From NCBI RefSeq assembly GCF_947568905.1, contig NC_079166.1:74710001-74774000 (forward strand): a stretch of 64,000 nucleotides of DNA, in the 5' to 3' direction. The stretch's first letter is position 1; each line of letters opens with the position of its first letter. Under the pieces are notes generated by a model. That model saw only the letters and a list, made by a program, of their open reading frames with translations. It had not been told where the DNA came from and ran no database searches. The DNA comes from Ostrea edulis. Taxonomy: Eukaryota. The position numbers were made by a program, and so were the translations under genes. Positions 9,521-21,896 of this stretch are shown here, one piece after another.

Positions 9521-10382
9521 CCCTGTCAAAGTGTATCTTCTCCCGAGCTGTTAGACCAAGAATGCATATAACTAATATGTCCTACTGCAAAGCGACCAAT
9601 GTAGAAATTGTACTGAAAAAAAATATTGACACAATTTATTAGAATTTGTTTATACATTTGTGAATTACTTTCACAAAAAATCAAACAATAACAATCGTAT
9701 TTCTTTTATTTCAACTTAACATTTAATGTGAGAAAGTTATCAATAACATGTCATGTACATATGTTTAATATAGGGTTTATGAATGATAACTCATTAATTG
9801 CGATTTTATAATTGTGAATTTTCATTACATTTTGGATTAAGTATTTTCAAATCCATAATTGAAAATTAACTGTTTTACTTCTAGTTTGATCTCGAGGCAG
9901 CGCATTTTCACACGTGTTGTCAATTCTCAACTTTGACAACTCTTTTCCGTTTCACTATATATAGTGGTAATTGGTTTTTACAATCTATCAAAGTTAAGAT
10001 ACGATCTTAGGATTTGTTTTCTTTGATTTGGTTAGGCTTATCTGTGGTAAATTAATGGAATAGAGTTTTCCCCAGAATTCGCAACTTTCTTTAGTTTATT
10101 TTTTTTTGTCAATTTAAAATGCAAGTAGGCGGATCTGTCAAATGTGAGATTTGTGTCAGATTGCATGAGAGATTTCTACCTGTGAAATTAAGTTTAACTT
10201 TTTCTTTGTTAAATTTACTTGTTGGATCTAATTAAATTGAGATATACCAAATCCGGTATTTGTGAAAATTTGTGAAATAACATGGTGGAGAATCTTAACT
10301 TTCTTTTTGGACTAAATTTCTGATTTGCAGTGAGTAGCTGCATTATCAGAATGGATGATGAATCTGCATTTGAAATAATTTG

Positions 10383-10935
10383 CCTAGGACAAGTAAGCAC
10401 CCCCTGTCGATCGGTCACACCCATCGTGGGCCCTATATCTTGATCTGGTAAACGGAGTTATGTGTAGTGAAAATCATTGTGCCACGAACGGCCTATCAAT
10501 CGGTATGAATCATGTCGGACAGCAGTTGACCCAATTATAGGTTGTATTGGCAAAGTAGATCGTTATATGGATCACAGAATTTGCAAAATGCTGACTTTAA
10601 GCAAGATTATTGGAACCCCTGTACCACCGACTTCTTTGTCATTAGTCCAATTTTTAAATCGAACACGTCATCGATATATCTAAACGTCGAATTGAAGGAC
10701 ACAGCAAGAGATTTTTTCATCTCACGTAGAAGTTTTTGAATAAATTCTGCATCATATGAATATAGAAACAGGTTAGCTAACAAAGGAGCATAATTCATGA
10801 CCATAGGAATTCCAACATACTGTTGAATGACATGATCAAAACCACGAAGATATTGTCAATGAGGAACTCCAGCAATTTTTTTTTCAACTTAAGAGTACTT
10901 GTACGTTGAATCAGAGCAACGTTTAACAAAGTAAA
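10383..10935 (-). mobile_element. Diverged, internally deleted Naiad-type fragment
   Basis: Pseudo-LTR part plus APLLANLFLYSYDAEFIQKLLRE...FRYIDD. Confidence 0.8.
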
Positions 10936-12984
10936 TGTTCAGATGACTGATCGCTACATACATGTAGGACTATTTGCGTTTTCCATTGTTGTTGAAGGAA
11001 CAGCTCATTATGAGTAGATACAAAATAATAGTCCCTTGGATGAGGGGAATTGATTCACAAGTATGCATTTTGGTAAGCTTGTTCAAAGTTAACATTGATG
11101 ACGGGGGGGGGGGGGGGGCACTCGGTCTCCTGATTCACTGTAAGCCATATTTATAATGAACTTTCTTCTATTTGAATATCTAAACCCTTAAACCACTGAA
11201 TTGTTGACCATTGTATGCACTTCCCTTCAAATAACATAAAATGTGCCTCAATCAATATCTTATGAATTATCATTTACCTATTTTAGTGCCTAACCATGTG
11301 TACATTTTATATCAATTTATTTTTAAGCAAATCTTTCAGAAATTAATTCCTGACAAATCATTTATATTTAAAATAACCTCCTTTGTTATATGAAAGTCAT
11401 CAATTATATTTGAAAAATATAAATTCTCTTTATTTTTAACAGATTTTACAGACACCGTGCATATTGCAGATCTGCTAATGGCTTGGGAAAACAATCGGAA
11501 AGGTCTTATATCCTGTGTTGTGACTATGATAAGAAATCATTCTATCACAACAGTACTGTGGATGTGCAAAAGAATTTTAATGCATTTTTCATAAGTGATA
11601 TGAATACACATAAACAAGTAAACATAGTTTGGTGTTCAGTTTTTATTTTGTACATAATATATATCATCAATTTACATATAATATGTAATTTGGGTTAAAC
11701 CCAAAAGGTCTACAGGCCCCTGTCACCTGAGTTTGACACATGTTGGTAGGAATTTGTGATCGAGGCAGGAGAATTACCAACAACATCCACTATATTAACG
11801 TCCTGGAGTTTCTGTAGGAACCAAACATATCACTTCCTGTATCAATTTAAAGGCTTAATCTGAAATGCACATTCATATGTCTGATGATTTTTATCAAAAT
11901 GATAATAAAACGTTACAATTCAATAAACGTGTTCTTATTGTTTATCATGATGAATATCCACTCACATACATACTAATTATATGGTCAATTTAAAAAATGT
12001 AGATATTTGAGGTGAAGAAAAACAAAAAAAAAACAAAAAAAATCAAATGTCGCAGAAAATTAATTTTCATATTAATGAAGCACTGTAAAATAAATGTCTA
12101 TATTATTTAATACCAATGTTCTTTAATATTTTCTTCATTGAAATTGCTAATTTATTCAAGTATTTCAAATAATTTAATGCGAATTAGTAGAAAAAATGAA
12201 AATAAGTATGCCAATGGTCAAAATTGACCTACATGTAAAATTTGTACATGTATTCCGTTTCTTTTTCCAAACAACTGAATTTATTTAATGATACAAGTTT
12301 AATTTTTCATCTCATAATTATAAGAATGTTATCAAAAATATGGTTGTAAGAGATATTCATTTAAGAATTTCACAATTCATCTATTTAGTAAATTGTAAAA
12401 TTGCTTCTTTTTTGTTGTTCTGTAACTTGGGAATTTTGCATAGTACCAGCATGGATATATATATGCGCCACATTTATTTAATCAAAAGTGGATCATGTGT
12501 ACTTAGTCATGTTGTATGTATATATCATAAAACCGATCAAGTATACTCGACTAGTGATATTTTTATTGTACTACTACTTGTGTAGATTTTTTTATACCTA
12601 TTTCTGGATTTTATATTTAATTATTATATTTGCGAGAGAACTCAGTACAAATACGTTTATCTATATTTACTTGTTTTAAAATCATTTACCTTAATGGCAT
12701 CAAAATAATATGAGTTTTAGAAATATTTACAATTTTGTCATGTTAGGCCAATGATTGTTGACACTGTATTGAGTTTGTATTCAAACGTAGTGACAGTATT
12801 GAGAGTAACATCATCGACAAGGTGTAAAAATCTAAAACGCATGTAGGAAGAACACAAGTGAAAAAATATTCAGATTTTATACAAAGTTGCTTAACATGTA
12901 TATTGTATTTCATTCAAATTCACACATTTGCAAAAGTTCACTTCAATCTAGAATAATATCCATAGATATTTTGCTTGATATCCT

Positions 12985-13886
12985 TCACCTAACTTGTATA
13001 CATGTGTATATACATGTATGTATGTAGGTTACATGAACACTCAAAGTATCCATTAAATTTACATCAATATGAAATATTTTGAAAACAAATTTAATAATAC
13101 AATTCATGTCATTATGCAGCTCTAGTACAAATCTTGCAATCATTCCATACGTGGTTTGGGTAGTCATTGCATAAGTGTGTGTCCCATTCATGATGAAATC
13201 ATTTTGAATGGCAGGATCATTAATGGAATTGGATGCATGTTGTTTTTGTTGGCTGTCTTGGAATTGGGGAGGTGGGGGAAGAATAATTCGGACATTGTCA
13301 TCAACTTCTATTTCATATAAAGTAATATAAACAAATTAATAAAAGTGTACTTCAGTTATGAATAACTTGTGTGACTGCATGAAGGGGGGGGGGGCTGTAA
13401 TAAAAATAAGCTTCAGTTTGAAATAAGAATTGTGTAACGGGTGGGAGTAAAGGGATATTCGTATAGAGAACAAATAAATCGTGTCATACTATATTAATGT
13501 CAATAAAAAAGCCAATATGATTTACATCAAAACTTACGTTCTCCACAGCTCTGGAAGTTTTGTTTATGAAGGGGAAAGTTCAAATCTGTTTTCCGTTTTC
13601 GGTCCTTTCAGGCCTTTGTAGCTACCTGTAGCAGTTTGTAATCAAAGATAGTTGGGATTGCCTTTTTCTTTCATTGCATTCGTGAGTGTTCCATGTAAAG
13701 ACCGTGTCTTGGACGGTTTATGTCGGCATAACAGTCCTCAATAGAGTGCTTCGACGGCCAATAATTAGTCCATTGTTTTTAATTTCCTCGACCAAACACA
13801 ACAATCTTTTTGTGTGTAGGGAAACTAAACATTGTTATTATCTGTTTATATTAAACATTGCAGTCAGGAACCGCACATAACACCAT
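12985..13886 (-). pseudogene. Decayed THAP-domain gene, probably a transposase relic, in two exon-like segments
   Basis: 13886-13538 reads, with stops and frameshifts, MVLCAVPDC...MFSFPTHKK...VWSRKL...WPSKHS...KKAIPTIFDY and ends at a gtaag donor. These are the THAP C-x-C, FP, W and A[VI]PTIF motifs; the C-x-x-HF part is missing. ~13315-12985 reads ...PPPPQFQD...GTHTYAMTTQTT, similar to the DHxY motif and TQT linker of THAP proteins. Confidence 0.6.
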
Positions 13887-15499
13887 ATTTTCTCGTTGTT
13901 TACCGGACGTCATCTGTAGACCAGTCGTTATAAAAATAAACCTCAAACAAATAACAACAAAAACAAATGTTGTTATAATCAATCAATTGTGTATATTTTT
14001 ACAACATATCAAAAATCGACAAAAATCGACCGAGCAGTTAATTTAGAAATTAATCAAGAATATTCCGCATTTTACTTGTAACAATAATGGCATACGCGGG
14101 GTATCGTACCTGAAAATGTGCCGTCAACACGAATCAGACGATGTAATGTTTTTGTAATTTGGGTAAGTTTTTATGTGTTTTGATGATTTGTCAAATAAGT
14201 AATAAATGTTAGAGACCAGACGCATGATGGAATTTATTATATTTCCTATAGGATATATACTTTAATATTTGTGCACTATGATTTCTAAGTCGGGATGTTC
14301 AATCTTAAATTATCGGTCTGGTGTGTTATTTTTCAATTTACAAGCAATTGAATATGTACATTTAATTTATATACTTACTACAATGGATATAAGATAAAAA
14401 CACTACCAAAATATATACATTAAGAGAACAAATATTTCAGATATATATCAATTGTTCGAAGGAATTCTATCACGTAAAAAAAGTACGGAACGCTTTTATG
14501 GTAAACATTGCTTAATAGTATTTTCAAAACTTCTAAAAGTGTAGTAAGATCGCAATATATAATATATGTGTAAAATCAAATGTTTTCCAAGCATTAGGCA
14601 TTTGTCCCTCACAAGTGAATTCCATCGACTTTTTAATTTCCAGGTAGTGATAGAACTCTTGATTTGCTATACATCTCTTGGTGATAGTCAAGATATTGTT
14701 CAACTAAGAGAAAAGGGGATCATAACTGTGAACGGACGAGTGCCGTCAGAAATGACTCCATCGTAAATTGTTTATTCCACCGAAAGCTGGTGGTCGTGCA
14801 TTAGGAAGGATGGTCTCGAAAATTCACTTTTACAAAGACATAGGAATTTCAACTTTCGAAAAACTTTTCTTCGTTTGTGTAGCTCCTGTTTTGGACTAGC
14901 ATAGTAAAGTACGTGAACTCCAAAACTACCACAGCATTGAGATGGTTCAGAATAACGCACTTCGTCATTATCACTGATGTATTCCTTTACCTGCACTGCA
15001 TGGCGAATTCGGATGGAAGATTCCTCACTATTGACACTGTATAAACTATACGATACTGGGGTTGTCTACTATCAATGGACAAAATCATTAAACACGTGTA
15101 AATCAATAAATGATCAATCTAACTGGACATCACAAATGAAGTCATTATTTAAATTTTCAAATTCTACAGAAAATATATGATAGGATACTATTGTGTGACA
15201 CTGGTGATTTAAGAACAAGTTGCTTCATTATCATAATAATGAAGTGGCTAGTTCATGTAAAAGTAAATCAACTCTTAAGTTATGTTTATATAAAGACATT
15301 AACACTAATTTTAGAACCGAAAATTAATTTTCCACGGGCATTTCAAAATATCGAAGATCTTTAAAGATCTATGAAGATGTGGTATACTTCCAATTAGAAC
15401 AGAAACGGGGCGATACAAAGGAGAAGAATTAGAAGACAGAATAGGTACTCTGTGTTCTTTAGATTGTGTACCCGTGGGGGGAATGAGATCAGAAAAAAA

Positions 15500-15660
15500 T
15501 GACACCCCGTGTCACAGCAGGTGTGGCAGGATAAAGATCCTTCCCTGCTCAAAGGCCATAAGCGCCGAGTACATAGGCCTAAATTTTGCAGCCCTTCACC
15601 GGCAATAGTGACGTCTCCATATGAGAGGGACGATCAACAATATACATGTATAATCAATCA
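15500..15660 (+). mobile_element. Partial SINE 3' portion
   Basis: cataggcctaaattttgcagcccttcaccggcaatagtgacgtctccatatga resembles the 3' part of the intron-3 SINE (cataggtgtaaatttgtgacacttcatctacaaatggtgacgtctcaatatga). Confidence 0.5.
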
Positions 15661-16491
15661 CTTTTAATAGACTGTGTAGAAGATGAGTCACGTTTTACTA
15701 CCTTGTACGGCATACTTAAATCTCAGAACAGATTTTTCACTACTGGTTGTAACCCCATATTGTGCACATGTATGTTAACTTAGATTGTATTATTATTATT
15801 TTATTAACGAATTTCCTTCGGCAAACTACCCAGTTTATATAGGTCCGATGGATCGGGTGTTTTGAATTTGCATTTATAGGAAATGATGTAAGTCACTATA
15901 ACTACTGACTTACTGTAACAATGCATGACAATAAAGTGCATAAAAATGTCGCCATGACTACATTAATCCCAACACAATAATAATTATTAAAAAATGAAAG
16001 TTTGTTGTCTGAATTTACAAGTCTTAATCATGAATAAAGTCGCGATCTTCGCTCAACAACACCTACCTTTTATTTCGACAAGAACTGTATATAGGAATTG
16101 TGGCGTTAATGGCTTTTCTATCCGAACTGTAGATTGCTCAAAGAAATTTATATATATGCAGAGAAAGGAAATGAGGAATTGTCAAATACAACAACCTCCT
16201 CCCATCTAATTTCCATGCATCCGATTCAATTTATCATTAAACATGTAGCGTTAATTTTCTAACTGGTAAGCAAATTCCAACACTCTAAGCAAGTTTTTTC
16301 CCAAAGTCACGAAAAGTAGGTCAATCATCAAGGTCACAATGTCAAAATGCTTGGCACCTTCTAAAGGTTTTGTCACAAAGAATACAGATATGAAACTCGA
16401 TCATTTACCATTCAAATGTTATGGCCAAAGTTAAACATTTTGTGGACTGGCGATCAAACGAACAGAGCAAACACGATTACGGGATCATACA

Positions 16492-16850
16492 CAGGGGCGG
16501 ATCCAGGAATAGCGGTTAAGCGGGGGGGGGGGGGCACAAGTTCAGGAGGCAGGGGGTCTGGGGGCGGTCTTGACCTCTGGATTTTACAGATTTTATAGGG
16601 TTTTAAATACGTCTCATACGTAATTATTTTTACAATTTTCTTTCATTTATGATTCAGTGAAATTAATATAATGACCCAAATTTTAAGGGTTTGGGGGGAT
16701 GCAAGTTCTCCCAATAAAAATAATTAATAAAAATCAAAACATTTTGTCATTTATTTCTCCGAGAGTGGAAGAAATTATTGCTTCTTTTATCGTTTACATT
16801 TTTCTAAACAAAAGACTACGATTTACTGCGCCCCCTTAAACCCGCCACTG
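16492..16850. mobile_element. MITE with CAG(G/T)GGCGG terminal inverted repeats
   Basis: Ends are caggggcggatcc and cccgccactg. Same family as 24904-25291 but opposite orientation (shared aattattgcttctt). TSD not resolved. Confidence 0.65.
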
Positions 16851-18008
16851 ATACACACCCATGATCTTAAAATCTCAATTTTTTGAATAATTGTTTTAAT
16901 TAAGTATCACTTCTTTAACTGTCTCATATAAATAGTATCTCATTTTGTGCCAGAATCAATGTTTACGAGTTTCGTATTAACTTTTCTCATTTTCATCGAT
17001 TTTTCGTACAAAATAAGACATTGCGTCTCATAAAAACAATCATTCACTTGAAATTTTGGTATAAATAAAGTAGTTTGTAGATGCTAACACCATTTCCGAT
17101 AATTATAGCAATCGTGTTTCATTTATTTTTATCATGTGTGAAGATAAATGATAATTCCCAGTTTTCAGTGATTTTTTTTTATCAAAATGTACGTTTTTGC
17201 CCCCAAAATACACGTTTCCCCTTTGTTTTTTCCTCTCGATTTTTTATATACGCTAGAGCATCCCGTGAGTCACCGTTGGAAAACAAAAACATTACATTTT
17301 TGTTGCAATTAGTTTGAAGTTACGCTATATTTTTGGCTAGAATAACTGGACTACTGCTGATTAGCTTCTTCAGTTTCAATATGGCGGGTTCGTGTGAAGT
17401 GGCATAACTCACGCCATATTTTCTGCTCTGACACAGCTGCGCTATCTTTATCCGCGCGTATCGCGGATATATGACCAAAATGAACCGAACAAACCCGCAA
17501 AATCATTTTATACGATCTAAATGAAACAAATACATACTTAATATAGAAAAAGTTATATTCGTTTCAGATTACCTTTACACATTAATCGTGTATGATCTAT
17601 TTTTATCTTCACGTTATTCAACCCGGTGCATCAATGTGTATCCTTCGGACATGCATAACAGGAACTAGGTACTGTAAGATGTTTTAGTAAATCCTATCTC
17701 CATTTTCCATTGTACTTGAATATTTTATCATTTTTTAACAATGAACTGAAATATCGGTAATTGTTAACAATGAAAACCCTGAAAATGAAACTGTTTTCAT
17801 TTTATCTTAATATCATGCTGTATACAAACTTGTAAACATACACTGTATATTGCATCTGTTTCCTATATTTCATCTATGATGCATGTAAGAGTACTTTTAT
17901 CAGTAAAGAATATCATAATTGTGTTTTATATCAAACATAAATAAATCTAGCTACTTTAATCTATTTTTAGCGTTGACATATGATGACTTGTCAACAAAAA
18001 AAAACCTT

Positions 18009-18018
18009 GGGAATTCCC
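18009..18018. promoter_or_regulatory. Palindromic NF-kB/Rel motif GGGAATTCCC ~1.3 kb upstream of the P1 start codon
   Basis: Exact 10-bp match to the consensus; function inferred. Confidence 0.4.
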
Positions 18019-18939
18019 TTTTCATCTATGTGTGTGACACGTGCGCGAAAGCAAACATAGGAAATGGTTTATTTGAATGTGAACAATTATTGAATTATCC
18101 ATTTGTTTGTTATGTTAGTATATTAATTTATTTTGCGATAAACACTGACATTTTAACTTCACAAACAAACTTTTATTTCATAAATGTAGATGTAATGAGT
18201 ACAATGAGGTACATTGAATGATACTACTTTATAATCGGTTACGCTGATTACATACATCTGTGTTATTATATACCCCACGAAATCACTTATTTCGTTCTTC
18301 CTCACTCTTACCATGTACCTCTTGCTAATATAAGTTTAATATAAAATCAGGGCAAATTTGAAAACCATATTAAAATCTGTATTCTAATCGGTATATGAAA
18401 AAAAATCATTTCGCACCTTTTCTCGTAGTATGCCTACTGCAATCTATCAAATGCTCGACGCATAGTTCATGATGTTAGTATTGATATTTTTCCATTCGAT
18501 ACATTGAGTGTCACGGACTTTGACGAAAGCATGACATAGCAAATATACACCTGTAAGATTTGTGAAATGTTCTTTTGATTCGGGGCTCTTTCAGTACTTA
18601 TTTGTAACCGTTTGACGTGGCAAAAGGACTGAACATTGAAACCGGGAGTGGTTGCAAAACAAGTACCGTTCTAGTCAGAGTTAAACTGATTTTTTATGTC
18701 TACAAAGAGTGAAATATGCAAATATTTTATCAAATGAGGATTAAGAATAATATCACCACAACACATAATACAAAAATAAAATAATTAGGTATTTTTAGCA
18801 AATGTTAGATATTTGTATATCACTTGACTTGCTAAAAAATCTGTATAACTTGTTTAAGAATCATTTTACAAATTCTATGATCGTTATAACGATCTGATTT
18901 GAACAAAAAATTAGTCGTTGGGTCGACTACTGTTCGAGT

Positions 18940-19245
18940 GTTTCACACCAATTGTTAGGCCGTTCTTTACATACTGATTTTTACTACAGATTACTCGTTT
19001 ACCTGGTCGAGATATACGGCTCAAGGCAGGTTTCGCCGGTCGACAAATGGTGCTTACTTTTCGGAGACACCCGACCCCACTCTGGTATGTTCAGGTTCAG
19101 GTTCCTATGTTTGCTCAACTCTTAATTTGTAATATAGGAGTTATGACATTGATCATAGTTCGTTATCTTCGCCTTTCATTAGTTTGATCACTGTTTGTTA
19201 TCTGTACCATTTCATTGATCACTGTTCATTATTTCACCTTTGTCA
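18940..19245 (+). mobile_element. Diverged Naiad pseudo-LTR with three tandem copies of its 3'-terminal ~31 nt
   Basis: ttgatca(c/t)(t/a)gtt..ttat.t..cc.tt units at 19148, 19183 and 19215. Confidence 0.65.
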
Positions 19246-19303
19246 TTGAAAATGTTAATATTTTCATGTTACAACTGTATCTTTCAGAACATGTATCTCC
19301 AAC

Positions 19304-21296
19304 ATGACCACAGCTAGACTAGGCTATTATCTGTGTGTTTTACTGGTGATGACACACTTGTGATTGATTTCATAGAATATGGCATACCATATATCTAAAG
19401 GGATGACTAAAACATCTCCATTGGTTACATGTACGCCATTATATATTGTTTCTCACCGTATATCTCGTTTCTTTAGTTGTATTTTGTATATTTTTTTTCT
19501 TCAAGAACGATGATAATTGTTACTAACATTCTTTTGTAGTTTCGTCAATTTTAGACATTTTCAGAAAGTATCGCCAAATAACAGTCTACATATTGATAAC
19601 CTGTGTTGTGGGGGTAAGTTAAACACGTACATTAAAGTGAAATCATAATAATGAAGCGCATCAAATATACCGACCACTTATCAGATACAATCTTAAACAC
19701 TGTTTCCATTTACAGGTCAATGTATATGTGAATAACTCTACATGTGTGACTGATGTTGAAAGAGTCCCATATTGTCCGGCAACTGAAGAAAAATGGCGTA
19801 TGGCTGCTGAACGGAAAAACTGTTCCTCGAAGATTCCTGAGTGTCCTTACACGGATCCACTGAAATATCACTGCCTCATCAATGCCTGGCGAAACGAGAC
19901 TTATGAATTATGTGGTGTAGATACAGAAATCATAGGTAAACAACTTACATATATTCACATTTTAATCCTGGTAAAGAAAACCATATCTAGAGAATACAGA
20001 CTACAAGTGCATTGTGTATTTACCGTATGCCCTCGCGGATAAGACAAAATTCATACATTGCACGCTCCCATGTTATATCAGCTGTATCATATCTACAAGA
20101 ACATGTATTCCTTACATTTACGTTGTCTACTTTATGTGATGTTGTCCATGGAGACCATACTGTCAAATTGAACGATCACCTCGTCCACATAAAAAATATA
20201 ACTGAATTGTGATAGATTTATTCCTCGAAGATATAAGCTAAAGAGAAAAAGGTCAATATTTACGAATGCACATACCAAATGAATGATATAGTACCTTTGT
20301 CTAATTTACTAATCGATATTTTTTCTGGAAAACATTTTAAAAGTAAATTTACATACTTTAAACAAATCATTGTCGTAGCCTTTAACTGAAATTGTCCATG
20401 ACATTGAAAAATGTTGTTATAAACTATGATAACTTACTTTCTATGTTAAACTATGTCTTTCACTCGATTCAGAGATCTTTTCAAAAATAAGCAATTTGAT
20501 TCGAAATCATAATAACATTGTGTCTCCTTTATAGGGTTTTCTTGTGCAGAATACAATGCGGGTGGAAAGAAGATACAGCCAAACTACGCTAGTAGATGTG
20601 AATATTTTGATCCTGGCTGTCCTTTCAAGTATAATTCTTCAACAGGGTACTTTTGTTAGTATTCTTCATTTTTCAACCACTGTGCCTATAATTAACAAAT
20701 GCGTGCGTTTCTAAACTGAAAGGGGCTGTCTTAGAATATTTTAAAATACATTTCATTAAATGAGACTGTGCTAAATCACTATGATAATACAACAATTTTC
20801 TCTATCAAAGTAGTCATAAATGTTAACAAAATAATCAGTGTTCAGTACTGACAATAGTCGTCTTCTGTTCATTAAGTACATCGATTTGAGATTGAATTTT
20901 TAAAATTTTACAGAAAAAAGGCTAGTGAAAGAAATTATATCAGTTTATTGTTAACATCTGAAATACGTTTAGATTATATTAATATTTTGTATTCATCGTT
21001 TCGATCAACTCATCATTAAGTCATAATTATAAATTATAGCACAGACTTTTCATATATGTGCAACACATCATCACGTCTAGCGATCACTATATTTATCGTG
21101 TTTTCATATTTGCACCTTTTCTGTTTTATGCATAGATCCGAAGTGCTATCAGATATTACAAAATGACCACATAGTAGTCGAAGCTCTTAGTACCCGACAA
21201 CCCGATGATACAACTGTTGTAAATGTGACTTCTGCACAACCCGATGATACAACTGTTGTAAATGTGACTACTTCACCAAGTGAGGATGAAACGTAA
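19304..21296 (+). CDS. Gene P1: distant paralog of A1-A3 with signal peptide, 10-Cys domain and stalk; TM exon not found (180 aa if it ends at TAA 21294-21296)
   Basis: Exons 19304-19345 (weak gtgatg donor), 19716-19935, 20535-20654 and 21136-21292, with phases 0,1,1,2 as in the A genes. All ten Cys align (CPATEEKWRMAAERKNC, YHCLINAWRNETYELC, CAEYNAGGKKIQPN, YPKCY). The 3' end is uncertain. Confidence 0.75.
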
Positions 21297-21659
21297 GTCT
21301 TTTTTATTGAGGACAAGGAAATGTCACCATGTGTTACCTCAAAATATAATAAGAGGCTGAGTAGCTTTGTCGATATAATTTTCTTGGAGTATGGAATTCA
21401 AGGGCGCAGTGTTCCCAATCTTTACACGCCGCCTGAAAATAATATGAACATACCGGGTCGAAGTAAAGTGAATAAACCTTTGGATCCGCTCTAAACCTAT
21501 ATCTCCAGTATCATATCAATTACTTCTGCCATTGTTAAAAAGTCTTTTTCCTAATATGTTGTTTTTCCTGATTATTAACCATACAGCTCTGTATTTTACA
21601 TGTAGAATAATTTACAAAGTAAACCAGTTTGCAAAGTTTAATTCCACATGCATATAATA

Positions 21660-21800
21660 AAGAAGGGTCAAAATAACGAACAGTGATCAATCCCATAACT
21701 CCTATATGCAATACAAAATAAACACGGATCCCTAAGCATACCAGAGGTTGGATCAGGTGCCTATAAGGAGTAAACAGCCCCTGTCGACCGGTCACATCTA
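21660..21800 (-). mobile_element. Naiad pseudo-LTR fragment (duplicate at ~39560-39695)
   Basis: ataacgaacagtgatcaat...ggatcaggtgccta...gtcgaccggtcaca. Confidence 0.75.
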
Positions 21801-21896
21801 GCACAACTTGTTTCGCATAAACAACACTTTTTGATTTTAAATGTTTAACAAAATAATTTCACATATATAAGTAACAAATTTTTTTTACGTATTTAA

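Noticed and set aside
14772-14996. Faint resemblance to a Polinton-type integrase N-terminus (YSEPSQCCGSFGVHVLYY)
   Set aside because: No downstream DDE motifs are recoverable in any frame; the similarity is too weak.
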